From positions 1-62,042 of the forward strand of contig CAZXOA010000004.1 of the NCBI GenBank assembly GCA_964642275.1: a DNA stretch of 62,042 bases, in the 5' to 3' direction. The DNA is from an uncultured Candidatus Saccharibacteria bacterium (GTDB lineage: Bacteria > Patescibacteriota > Saccharimonadia > Saccharimonadales > JACDBH01). The translations under genes were made by a program, and so were the position numbers. How positions within the stretch are numbered: position 1 is the first letter of the stretch; each line of letters opens with the position of its first letter. The notes below the pieces were generated by a model that ran no database searches, had not been told where the DNA came from, and saw only the letters and a program-made list of their open reading frames with translations. Positions 1 to 8,248 of this stretch are shown piece after piece.

Positions 1-4
1 ACAT

Positions 5-94
5 TTACCCACTACCAAGAGCATACTACCCACAACTACCCACATGCAAGCCTTTTCACTACTTTAAGCCTCTGAACCATCCAGGTTATCCACA
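5..94 (+). promoter_or_regulatory. Cluster of four same-orientation DnaA-box-like 9-mers
   Basis: Perfect TTATCCACA at 86-94. Three 7/9 matches: TTACCCACT at 5-13, CTACCCACA at 26-34 and 36-44. An AT-rich tract follows at 137-150. Confidence 0.4.
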
Positions 95-118
95 ACGCAC
101 ACTACCCTGTGCATAACA

Positions 119-149
119 ACGCTATATGTAGCGTCGTTTTATTTTTTTT
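119..149 (+). terminator. Candidate rho-independent terminator for a plus-strand gene left of the window
   Basis: 6-bp stem ACGCTA/TAGCGT (119-124/129-134) with a 4-nt loop, followed by CGTTTTATTTTTTTT. Confidence 0.45.
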
Positions 150-155
150 AGCACT

Positions 156-185
156 AGGAAGGTCCCATATTCATGGGACCTTCCT
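156..185 (-). terminator. Perfect 12-bp hairpin just downstream of the 201..1103 stop codon
   Basis: AGGAAGGTCCCA (156-167) pairs with TGGGACCTTCCT (174-185) around a 6-nt loop. There is no U-tract on the minus strand, so terminator function is uncertain. Confidence 0.35.
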
Positions 186-200
186 GTGGAATTTTATAAT

Positions 201-1103
201 TTACCCTTCTAAGAAATAGCCTTGGGCCACTGGGCCGCCTTTGTCGCCCTGGATAGTCTCCTGAAACCCAAAGGCAGGGTCAAAACTAATATTCCCTGCA
301 ACCTCTCCGCCAGGAGTAAACTGTCCGAACTCTGCATCCCTGAGCCAGTACACCGCCCACTCGGGGTTGCCTTCTGCGTCAAGCATTGGCTGATACTCTT
401 CTGTACCCTCAGCCCCAACACTGCCGTTTATCGTAAAAGCATACGAAATCTCGCCGTTGTCACCCGTAACTGTAATAGGGTTCGCAACCTCAAGGCTAGT
501 ACCTTCAAGCACATGCAAAGCGATGACACCCTCGCCCTTTGGAGAGGAGTAGATCTCGGTTCCGCTCGGAATTGTAAGGATCCCGGCAGAAACTTGCAAT
601 TCGCCGCTTAAGGCTCGAGCTTCTTTGCTATCATCGTTTCTCTGGCGCCACTCATCATACAGAGGCTGGGTTCCAGTTTCTCTCAGATGATTCTGAACCG
701 CTACTGCTGCGGGTTCTTGATTGGTACCAATTTTTCCAAGACTATTTGCAGCTGTTGGAGCAAGCGCAATAGTAACAGCCGTTGCAGCGATCCCCTTGCC
801 AAGCTTTTTGAGGTTGATCGGCTTCCGAGGCTTGATTTCACGTTTTTCACGAAGGTCTAGGCCGGCATTGGCATGACGGCGGTCTCTCTTATAGTCCTCA
901 CCGCGGTGCTTTGCGCCTGCGTTATAGATAGCCGCAGCCCTTCCGGAGTCCCCGCGGTCGAGGGCCTTATTGGCTGCATAGGTCGTTTTTATGGCTCGAG
1001 TATGGGCCTTTAATGCCTTAAGATCATCTTGCTTGTCTACAGGGAGATAAGGCATGGGATAATATTCTGGTTTTGATGTAGTGGTTTTGTTTTTATTTAT
1101 CAT
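201..1103 (-). CDS. Hypothetical membrane-anchored protein (basic N-terminal region, one TM helix, about 180-aa extracytoplasmic domain)
   Basis: 300-aa ORF with a hydrophobic segment GIAATAVTIALAPTAANSL. No family recognised. Confidence 0.5.
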   Translation of the reverse strand: MINKNKTTTSKPEYYPMPYLPVDKQDDLKALKAHTRAIKTTYAANKALDRGDSGRAAAIYNAGAKHRGEDYKRDRRHANAGLDLREKREIKPRKPINLKKLGKGIAATAVTIALAPTAANSLGKIGTNQEPAAVAVQNHLRETGTQPLYDEWRQRNDDSKEARALSGELQVSAGILTIPSGTEIYSSPKGEGVIALHVLEGTSLEVANPITVTGDNGEISYAFTINGSVGAEGTEEYQPMLDAEGNPEWAVYWLRDAEFGQFTPGGEVAGNISFDPAFGFQETIQGDKGGPVAQGYFLEG

Positions 1104-1141
1104 GCTTCAAATTATAGCAAAGCTTATGCTTTATGTCAATA

Positions 1142-2155
1142 CTATTTTCTGCCTAACAACTTAACAACTTCTTTGGCAAGCGCGTCTGCATCGTGGCGAA
1201 TCAGGGTACGGCGGCTCTTCAGACGGTCATTATCGGCGTGCTTGACAGGATCTTTGGCGATAAGCGGCAGCCCGATGGCTTGATAGTGCTGCCCTGCCAT
1301 GGCTTCCAGGTCGTACTCGAGCGGGTATTCGCCGTCGTGCGTATATTTGCGCAGCATCGCATCGGTCGGCGGGTCGGTGTTATAAATCAGATAATCCAGC
1401 ACTGGCGCGCCAACAAAGCGCTCGATCTCGGCGGCAAAATCGTGCGCCTGAAAGGCCTCTGTCTGGCCCGGCTTGGTAACCAGGTTCGACACATACACCT
1501 TGCGGGCAGCGGTAGTCTGCAGAGCTTCTTTCATGCCGCCTACCACCAATGCAGGCGCCAGGCTGCCATAGAGGTTCCCCGGGGCAATAACAACTATATC
1601 GGCATCCATAATTGCCTTCCGTGCGCTTTCTGCCATGCGAGGTTCCGGTTCCAGCCAGATTTCCGGCCGGTGGTTGCCGGTGCTCATCTGGCTAATAGCC
1701 TCTTCGCCGCGCAGCACAGCTCCATCGCCGATACGAGCCCGAAGCTGCGTGTGTTCGGTGGTCACCGGTACAACTTGGCCTGTGATATTAAGCAGCTGGC
1801 CAACTTGGGTGATCGCCTCTTCAAAATCACCAGTCATCTGTTCTATACCGCTAAGCAGAATGTTGCCAAGCGGGTGGTTCTCGAGCTTGCCTTTGACACC
1901 TTTCAAGCGATAATCGAATATCTGGCGCAGCACATCGTTGTTGCTGAGCGCAATCAGACATTGCCGGACATCCCCCGGCGGTAATACGCCAAGCTCGTCA
2001 CGCAGATCACCCGACGAGCCGCCGTTGTCGGACATGTTTACCACCGCGGTAATACTATCCGTATAGTGTTTGAGCCCGGATAATACAGTAAAACTGCCGG
2101 TACCGCCGCCAATAACAACTATCTTCGGGGCGTTCGCGTCAGGCATCGGGTCCAA
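1142..2155 (-). CDS. YvcK/CofD-family (UPF0052) gluconeogenesis-factor-like protein
   Basis: N-terminal KIVVIGGGTGS, NMSDNGGSSG and LPPGDVRQC motifs typical of the family. Full-length 337 aa. Confidence 0.85.
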   Translation of the reverse strand: MDPMPDANAPKIVVIGGGTGSFTVLSGLKHYTDSITAVVNMSDNGGSSGDLRDELGVLPPGDVRQCLIALSNNDVLRQIFDYRLKGVKGKLENHPLGNILLSGIEQMTGDFEEAITQVGQLLNITGQVVPVTTEHTQLRARIGDGAVLRGEEAISQMSTGNHRPEIWLEPEPRMAESARKAIMDADIVVIAPGNLYGSLAPALVVGGMKEALQTTAARKVYVSNLVTKPGQTEAFQAHDFAAEIERFVGAPVLDYLIYNTDPPTDAMLRKYTHDGEYPLEYDLEAMAGQHYQAIGLPLIAKDPVKHADNDRLKSRRTLIRHDADALAKEVVKLLGRK

Positions 2156-2745
2156 TACTCTCGTTTGTCATCATCTACCATTGTACGCTCCCACCCTGTT
2201 CTGGCATATAAGTTCTTGGCCAATACGTTATCGTAATCTGTCGAGAGCCATACCTTTTTCACCTCGTCGTGCCTCATCTTAAAATCAGTAAGTGTTGCCT
2301 CCATAAAGGGTGCGGCCAAATGACGGCCAAGAAATCCCTCAAACAGCCGAACGGCAAATGTGTATGGAGCGTCTTTCATGGCACGTCCACCCTCTAGCGG
2401 GGGTTCTTTCCTCCGGTACCAGATAGGACCGCCCAAACGCTGCCCTTCAACCAAAAAATAATATTCTGCCGTTGGATCTGCGAGTCTCTCTTCTACCATC
2501 TCCTCAGTACCAAATCGACGCTCGGCATCATTGACCGAATCAACAATATGGCTTTGGTATGAACACTCGACCAGCTGCTGCACCAGCGGAGCTGCTAGCG
2601 TGTTGATACAGTCTGGCCTTCTGCCTTCGACAGTTGGAGCCAAGTCAGTTGCCGCCCTTACAACAGCAAGTTTGCCGGGAGGGTTGTGTAGATACTCATC
2701 CGCACGGATGACTTCAAGGGTAGATAGTTCGCTCATGCACTTCAT
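2119..2745 (-). CDS. Possible GNAT-like acetyltransferase
   Basis: 208-aa ORF with a C-terminal LYARTGWE-type motif. It overlaps the downstream gene by 37 nt. Weak assignment. Confidence 0.4.
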   Translation of the reverse strand: MKCMSELSTLEVIRADEYLHNPPGKLAVVRAATDLAPTVEGRRPDCINTLAAPLVQQLVECSYQSHIVDSVNDAERRFGTEEMVEERLADPTAEYYFLVEGQRLGGPIWYRRKEPPLEGGRAMKDAPYTFAVRLFEGFLGRHLAAPFMEATLTDFKMRHDEVKKVWLSTDYDNVLAKNLYARTGWERTMVDDDKREYWTRCLTRTPRR

Positions 2746-2785
2746 CCTACCGGCCGCTCGGATAATGTCTAGGTGATTTTTACAA

Positions 2786-4072
2786 CTAGTCGGAATTCTT
2801 ACGTAATCGGGCGAGCTCCTTGCTCCACCAGACGGCGCTCGGGCGTACGAGGCGTTTCATATCGCGCTCGCGGTCTACTTTTATCAGACCGAACTTCGGC
2901 CACCAGCCATACTTCCATTCAAAATTATCCAGCAAACTCCAGTGCATATAGCCAATCAGCTCGACCCCTGCCTTGCGCGATACCATCAGCGCGTGCATGG
3001 TTTCCTCTAGCCACCACTGCCGGTGCTTATCGTCTGCGTCTGCCAGGCCGTTTTCAGTAATCATAATGGGTTTGCGGTATTTCAGCCATGTTCTGGTAAT
3101 AACCTCAGCTATAGCAGCTGGCTCCATGTACCATCCCATATCATTGACCGGGGTCGATGGGTTTACTGTCTTGAAACCCTGGTAGTAATTCGTGAAATAG
3201 TGGTTCATACCAATAAAGTCAGCGTGGTTTTTTATACGGTTTGTCCACCACCAGTTCCAGAAATAGTCGGCGGCTTTTGCCATTCTTGTATCCAGCCAAT
3301 GGTCCGGACGTTTTGCCACAGAGTTACCGTATTGGCTAGCCGGACCAACTTGCAGGTGCGGATGCATGCCTTTCAGCACCTCGTAAGCCCGGTTGTGCGC
3401 CCGCGCAAGATTATAAAACACCCAGATTCCCTTTAGAGGATTACGCCTGTTTGGCGGCCATTCGCCTGTCATAAACCCAAAGGTGCTGTACACATTCGGC
3501 TCGTTAATGGTCAGGACAAACTTGATCTCCGGGCCAAATTCCTGGCCGACCTTCTCGACAAAACGGATAAAATGCTTGATATTGCCGGCCTTGCTAAAAC
3601 CGCCCATCTCTTCAAACCACACGGGCTGGGTCCAGTGCCATAGATTGAGCACTGGCACGATGCCCTCTGCCTTCATGGCGGCAATGTAGTTGTGATAGTG
3701 GTCAACCGCCTTCTTGTCCCACACGCCCTGCTCTGGCTCGATTCGGCTCCATTCTACGCCGAATCGAAAGGCATTGAGATTAAGCTTTTTGATAATCTTA
3801 AAATCTTCTTTGTACCTGTTCCAGTGGTCTACACCCTTGCCGGACACATAGTTTTCAGGGTCCTCCGCCTGATCTTTTATGTCCAGCCAGCTCGGTATCC
3901 AGCGCAGGCGGTCGGCGGCAGTTCTGGCCAGCTCGGCGGCATTATCCAGCTCGTAGACGGTCCACTGGTCATAGTTACCGCCCTCTACCTGATGTCCGGC
4001 AGTGCTCGCCCCCCACAAAAAATCTTCTGGGAAGCTGTATTCGGTCAGTGCCCTCTTATCTTTTTTTGCCAT
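2786..4072 (-). CDS. Glycoside hydrolase family 1 beta-glucosidase
   Basis: Catalytic TINEPN (acid/base) and ITENG (nucleophile) motifs. 428 aa. Confidence 0.9.
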   Translation of the reverse strand: MAKKDKRALTEYSFPEDFLWGASTAGHQVEGGNYDQWTVYELDNAAELARTAADRLRWIPSWLDIKDQAEDPENYVSGKGVDHWNRYKEDFKIIKKLNLNAFRFGVEWSRIEPEQGVWDKKAVDHYHNYIAAMKAEGIVPVLNLWHWTQPVWFEEMGGFSKAGNIKHFIRFVEKVGQEFGPEIKFVLTINEPNVYSTFGFMTGEWPPNRRNPLKGIWVFYNLARAHNRAYEVLKGMHPHLQVGPASQYGNSVAKRPDHWLDTRMAKAADYFWNWWWTNRIKNHADFIGMNHYFTNYYQGFKTVNPSTPVNDMGWYMEPAAIAEVITRTWLKYRKPIMITENGLADADDKHRQWWLEETMHALMVSRKAGVELIGYMHWSLLDNFEWKYGWWPKFGLIKVDRERDMKRLVRPSAVWWSKELARLRKNSD

Positions 4073-4081
4073 GATGATGGT

Positions 4082-4090
4082 ATTGTAGCA
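4082..4090 (-). promoter_or_regulatory. Extended -10 promoter TGCTACAAT, 9 nt upstream of the GH1 ATG (near-leaderless)
   Basis: Reverse complement of 4082-4090 is TGCTACAAT. The start codon is at 4072-4070. Confidence 0.5.
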
Positions 4091-4225
4091 AACTATCGGC
4101 TCTTCTTGAGATTAAGAAACAAATCCCTTTTGTTCTTGCGACCAAGAACCAAGTCGCTTCTTTTCTGTGTCAGCAGAAAAGAAGCCAAAAGACTGACCGG
4201 CAGTTCAAAAAACAAGACTCAGGCC

Positions 4226-4314
4226 GAGAAAAATCTCTAATTTGTTCCTGTGGAACTCGAGCTATCGCTCTTCAAACAGTCCTCGGAACGTATACCTAAT
4301 TAGAGATTTCTCTC
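4226..4314. repeat. 17-nt inverted repeat (16/17 paired) enclosing 55 nt that contains two small hairpins
   Basis: GAGAAAAATCTCTAATT (4226-4242) pairs with AATTAGAGATTTCTCTC (4298-4314). Inner hairpin is GTTCC-TGT-GGAAC (4244-4256). Confidence 0.6.
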
Positions 4315-4357
4315 ACCCATGAATCTGTTTTCTGAAAGCCGGGGCATACAAACAGAA

Positions 4358-4377
4358 ACCGCTGGCTTACCAGCGGT
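4358..4377 (-). terminator. Rho-independent terminator of the HAD hydrolase gene
   Basis: ACCGCTGG/CCAGCGGT 8-bp stem with a 4-nt loop. On the minus strand it is followed by TTCTGTTTGT. Confidence 0.7.
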
Positions 4378-4387
4378 ACTTTTATAA

Positions 4388-4993
4388 TTACTCTAGGCCT
4401 AGTATCTGGCGGACCTGAGTGGGGCTTTTGTATAGATGTGCTTGTAGACCAGCATTGAGCGCACCATCTATCGGGCTCTGGCTGTCATCAAAGAAAACTA
4501 GCTCTTCAGGTTGGACATTTGGCACAGTTAGGGCTATACGGCCTAGAGCTGCCGTCCAGTATTGCTCGCTACTCTTCGTTGCACCCATCTCAGAAGACAC
4601 AATAATCTCATCGAATTTATCAGGAAACATCACCTCTCGTAGATAAGCCGTTCGGTAGCGCTCTTGGTTGGTCGCAAGAAACACCGGTACCTGGTCTTCC
4701 CTGAGTCGGGCGATTATAGCCATGATCTCTTCGTCTATAACATTTTCGGCCGCAAACCACTTATCTAGTAGTTCTTGAGGATCATGATCCCACTGCCAAA
4801 TGTGATTGTTCTTTTTAATCAGGTCCTTGAGGTCGGTCTTACCCGTGATAGCTTCGAGGAAATCACCTCGAAAGAAAGCTTCAAATGATTCAGGATCTAG
4901 CCTATGTTCTCTCGCGTACTGCCGTGCAAATAGTTCCTGCGGGGTAATGATCACGCCATCTGCATCGAACAACACTGCCCTGCATTCACTCAT
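4388..4993 (-). CDS. HAD-superfamily hydrolase
   Basis: FDADGVI (DxDG motif I) lies directly after the internal Met. The start was trimmed from 5212 to ATG 4993 because the longer form would overlap the divergent gene at 5051. Confidence 0.8.
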   Translation of the reverse strand: MSECRAVLFDADGVIITPQELFARQYAREHRLDPESFEAFFRGDFLEAITGKTDLKDLIKKNNHIWQWDHDPQELLDKWFAAENVIDEEIMAIIARLREDQVPVFLATNQERYRTAYLREVMFPDKFDEIIVSSEMGATKSSEQYWTAALGRIALTVPNVQPEELVFFDDSQSPIDGALNAGLQAHLYKSPTQVRQILGLE

Positions 4994-5050
4994 AGCAGGA
5001 ATTATAACACTGGCGTTGCCTCGGTAAACTACATCGATTAACATGAGCTC

Positions 5051-5803
5051 ATGGCATTTGTACGGCTTCGCGAGTCGATTGATGAATATGTAAAGGGCAA
5101 GAACTGGTACTGGTATGCGCCGTTTTGGGTGTTTGCTGCGTATCTTTTTGTGAAGCTGCTGGATTTTAAGCTGGATGAGCCAGCGCCTTCGTTCTTTATA
5201 CTCATAGCCCAAAGTCTGGATTTCTTTTTACATGAGATGGCTCATCTGGTGACGGCCTTTTTACCGCATATGTTTGTAGCTTTTGCCGGATCGGCTGCCG
5301 AGTTGTTACTCGGACTTGGACTAATCATCACTGCCTTTGTGGTACGGAGTTATTTTGCCAGCGTTTTTTGCTTTTTGTGGTTCATGCTGGCCACATTTTC
5401 GGTGGCGGATTATATCGGTGATGCCCGGGCGCAGAATCTGCCGCTGGTCAGTTTTGGTGGCGGCGACCCTATACACGACTGGAACTTTATACTTGGCAAG
5501 TTAAGCCTCCTGCCCTACGATACCCTGATTGCTAACATTACCAGAGGTGTTGGCACTGCTGCTGGAGTCTTTGGCCTGGCTTTTTCCGGCTGGCTTCTTA
5601 TACGCATTGTGCACGAAAAATCAGAGGCAAAGCGGAAGGCCGCAGTAGAGGAAGTCATGAACAAAATTACTGCCAAACCGCCGGTAGAAAGGCCGGACGA
5701 GCCGTTTGTCGCCAAAGACCTCTATCCCAGCGCCACCAAAGGCCGCCTCGCCAACCAACCCGAACCCAAGAATCCACCCGATGATAAGGACTCCCCGTCC
5801 TAA
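5051..5803 (+). CDS. Integral membrane protein with an HExxH motif (putative membrane metalloprotease-like)
   Basis: LHEMAH motif in a multi-TM protein with a Pro/Lys-rich C-terminal tail. 250 aa. Confidence 0.55.
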   Translation: MAFVRLRESIDEYVKGKNWYWYAPFWVFAAYLFVKLLDFKLDEPAPSFFILIAQSLDFFLHEMAHLVTAFLPHMFVAFAGSAAELLLGLGLIITAFVVRSYFASVFCFLWFMLATFSVADYIGDARAQNLPLVSFGGGDPIHDWNFILGKLSLLPYDTLIANITRGVGTAAGVFGLAFSGWLLIRIVHEKSEAKRKAAVEEVMNKITAKPPVERPDEPFVAKDLYPSATKGRLANQPEPKNPPDDKDSPS

Positions 5804-5838
5804 ACATAACAGGGCTTGGTTCTTTGCAAAAAGTATTA

Positions 5839-7392
5839 TCAAGGCTGCTTGAATGACATCTCTTCGCCAAAGTGTTTCTTGAGCCGGGCGCGAATACTGC
5901 CCGGATGGCGGCCCATGAGCGAGCTTAATTGTTTGATTGTATTGCCGCTGCCCCATAATTTCACCAGCTTCACATCCTCTTCCTCACCCCAAGACTTGTA
6001 AGCGTTCGGGTAGTCCTCGCGCATGCGTTCCAGTTTGTCCGCCCACGACCCGCTCTTGCCCTCGGCCTTTTTGACTTCTGTTTTGGGACGCTTTTTGCGT
6101 TCTTCTTCGGCACTAAGCCACTGTTCGATTGTCTTCAGATTATTGTTACGTGTTTGCTGGCTACGGTCTCTCAGCTCACCGTCCAGCGAACGCGCCAGTG
6201 GGCTGGTACGCAGCGCCATGCCGTTCATACCGTCAAGTATCAGATCTTTGAGCCCACGCACGCGGCTCAGCGCCACATAGCCCATCCCCTCTACAAATGC
6301 CCGGCTCAGATCAATCTGGGCCGAATCCAAAGTCATACCCTGGCTCTTGTGTACGGTAATTGCCCAGGCAAGCCGTATCGGCAGCTGTGTCAGCGTAGCG
6401 CGGCGCTTATCACCGTCTACCAGCTCCCAGCTCTCGGGCTTGATTGTCACCTCCTTGCCGCTGGTCAGCTTCACGACCGGGTAGTCGCTGCCGGGCTCAA
6501 AATCTTCGACTACGCCTAAAGATCCATTCACATATTTCCTATCCTGCGAATTCTTGATCGTCATCACAATCGCACCGCGCTTCAGCCGCAAAACCTCTGG
6601 TGCCAGACAACTTTTCTTGAGCTGTTCGACGTATTTTTTGCTACCGGACGTCTCCATCTCGTACTCATACTCATCTGCCTCGAGCTCATCCAAATGCTGA
6701 TGATTGATAGTATCGACATCAATATTGGTTGTCAGCAGACGTGTCCGGGGCGTAAACGGATCTAGGGTAGCCCGCCCGCGCGCCTGCAATGCATCCAGCT
6801 GATTGCGCGTCAGCTGCCCCGCCCTGATACCGTTTAATATAGCGCTGTATGCATCATCATCGCTCTGGCGGAACTGCTCCTGCAGGTACAACACCTCAAA
6901 GCCGTTATTCTGCCACACACTCGATCCGGTAATGAAGCTGCCTGCCCTGGCATCACTGCGGTTAACTGGCGGCAACTGGAAAAAATCGCCACAGAGTATT
7001 ACCTGCAAGCCCCCAAACGGCCGGTCGCCGCCGCGCAGCGTCCGGGCAATTTCCTCAACCATATCCAGACGAAAATCATGCAGCATGCTGATCTCATCAA
7101 TAATCAGCACATCGGCTTTGGTAATCAGATCGGCCCGCTGTTTGCTGAGTTTGGTAAAGAACATGCCGTCCAATGCGTCGCGCACGCCAATGCCGCTCCA
7201 GGCGTGAATAGTCGCACCGTTCAAGTGCGTGGCCGCAAGACCAGTCGTAGCCGTAACGGCCACGCTCTTGCCATCAGCTCGAGCCCGGCGGATAAACTGG
7301 TTCAGCAGATAGGTTTTTCCCGCGCCAGCGGCACCCGTCAGCAGTACCGACTGGCCAGATTCCAGGATTGCCAATGCTTCGTTCTGAGTCAC
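5839..7392 (-). CDS. PIF1/RecD-like SF1 ATP-dependent DNA helicase
   Basis: Walker A GAAGAGKT, DEISM (Walker B), a CGDFFQLPPV motif and C-terminal TVHKSQG. 517 aa. Confidence 0.85.
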   Translation of the reverse strand: MTQNEALAILESGQSVLLTGAAGAGKTYLLNQFIRRARADGKSVAVTATTGLAATHLNGATIHAWSGIGVRDALDGMFFTKLSKQRADLITKADVLIIDEISMLHDFRLDMVEEIARTLRGGDRPFGGLQVILCGDFFQLPPVNRSDARAGSFITGSSVWQNNGFEVLYLQEQFRQSDDDAYSAILNGIRAGQLTRNQLDALQARGRATLDPFTPRTRLLTTNIDVDTINHQHLDELEADEYEYEMETSGSKKYVEQLKKSCLAPEVLRLKRGAIVMTIKNSQDRKYVNGSLGVVEDFEPGSDYPVVKLTSGKEVTIKPESWELVDGDKRRATLTQLPIRLAWAITVHKSQGMTLDSAQIDLSRAFVEGMGYVALSRVRGLKDLILDGMNGMALRTSPLARSLDGELRDRSQQTRNNNLKTIEQWLSAEEERKKRPKTEVKKAEGKSGSWADKLERMREDYPNAYKSWGEEEDVKLVKLWGSGNTIKQLSSLMGRHPGSIRARLKKHFGEEMSFKQP

Positions 7393-7486
7393 CTCTCGCC
7401 TCTTCTCTAGTTCCGTATCCTTACAGAACAGTATAGAGTAATCCCGTCTGCATATGCGGTCAAGTGCAGAATCTACAACGATTACC

Positions 7487-7551
7487 GTTTACTGTTTACT
7501 ATTCACGGAAATGGCAAATGTACAATGAAAGATTAATGGTAAACGGTAAAC
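7487..7551. repeat. Inverted pair of heptamer doublets: (GTTTACT)x2 and (GGTAAAC)x2
   Basis: Left array at 7487-7500 and right array at 7538-7551. The right array is the reverse complement, GTTTACC x2. 12/13 complementary. Confidence 0.7.
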
Positions 7552-7552
7552 T

Positions 7553-8167
7553 TTACTTCTTCTTGCTCTGATTGGTTTTGCGCTTTTTATAGTCTGGATA
7601 GCGCAGCTCTTGGCGCTTCTGATCTAGGCGGACAATGTATTTTTCGTACGGTTTCAGCAGACTGCTGTACTGCCAGTTTGGCGCCAGCACGTGGAGTAGC
7701 TTGTTCTGCTGGTCCAGATGCTCTATAAGCGTATAAAAATCACCATCGCCAGAGACAATCAGCGCCTTGTCATAATTCTTGATTTCCTTCATGACATGCA
7801 AGACAAGATCGGCGTCAACATTCCCCTTCATAGGAACCTTTTCCTTCTCTGGCTTGTCAGCATCGGTCTTCTGAGTACTATCATCGGATTTTGGTTCTTC
7901 CGTATGGAACATCTCAAGGGTTGGCTTCAGAACAACCAAAAAGCCCTGCGAATGCAACTGGTCATACAGCTTCTCAAAATCCGGCATATAGCCGATAAAC
8001 ATGAAGGCTTTTTCGACGTTGTATTCGGCCTTCAGCCATTCGCGGAACTTTTTCCAATCCATCTTCCAGCCCATTTTTTGGGTGCCAAGATTGAGGTTCT
8101 GGCTATCGATAAACGCGTAGTTCGCCAGCTTTTTAGCCGGTTGTTTCTTTTTTCTAAAAGGTCTCAT
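7553..8167 (-). CDS. NYN-domain (LabA/DUF88-like) protein
   Basis: N-terminal AFIDSQNL and a central VSGDGDF motif typical of NYN/LabA. 204 aa. Confidence 0.8.
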   Translation of the reverse strand: MRPFRKKKQPAKKLANYAFIDSQNLNLGTQKMGWKMDWKKFREWLKAEYNVEKAFMFIGYMPDFEKLYDQLHSQGFLVVLKPTLEMFHTEEPKSDDSTQKTDADKPEKEKVPMKGNVDADLVLHVMKEIKNYDKALIVSGDGDFYTLIEHLDQQNKLLHVLAPNWQYSSLLKPYEKYIVRLDQKRQELRYPDYKKRKTNQSKKK

Positions 8168-8217
8168 AATTTACAGATATAGTAGCACGCGGGTACACAA
8201 AGCCCCTATTTTATTAC

Positions 8218-8226
8218 ATTATAGCA
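8218..8226 (-). promoter_or_regulatory. Extended -10 promoter TGCTATAAT upstream of the NYN gene
   Basis: Reverse complement of 8218-8226 is TGCTATAAT, about 50 nt upstream of ATG 8167. Confidence 0.45.
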
Positions 8227-8248
8227 TACTTGTGCAAGTTATGCAAGC

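Noticed and set aside
1193-1984. Long antisense or shadow ORFs in the six-frame track (for example 1193..1984+, 9313..10005+, 40389..41114+, 45032..45757+, 54981..55595+, 32458..32943+).
   Set aside because: Each lies entirely inside, and opposite to, a gene with clear family motifs (YvcK, GlyRS, LysRS, RseP, LCP, SecA). Their translations are low-complexity or Arg/Ser/Cys-rich with no recognisable motifs.
4140-4200. SRP (4.5S) RNA-like strings (CAGCAG, GAAGCC) in the 4.1-4.3 kb spacer.
   Set aside because: There is no GNRA-capped helix 8 and no conserved GGAA/AGCA loop arrangement, so the resemblance is superficial.
4994-5212. N-terminal extensions of track ORFs (4388..5212, 24999..26048, 25996..26784, 30057..30818, 14180..14410, 44232..45032, 47965..48594).
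   Set aside because: The extensions overlap neighbouring genes and precede the conserved family N-termini. Internal ATG or GTG starts give canonical N-termini and remove the overlaps.
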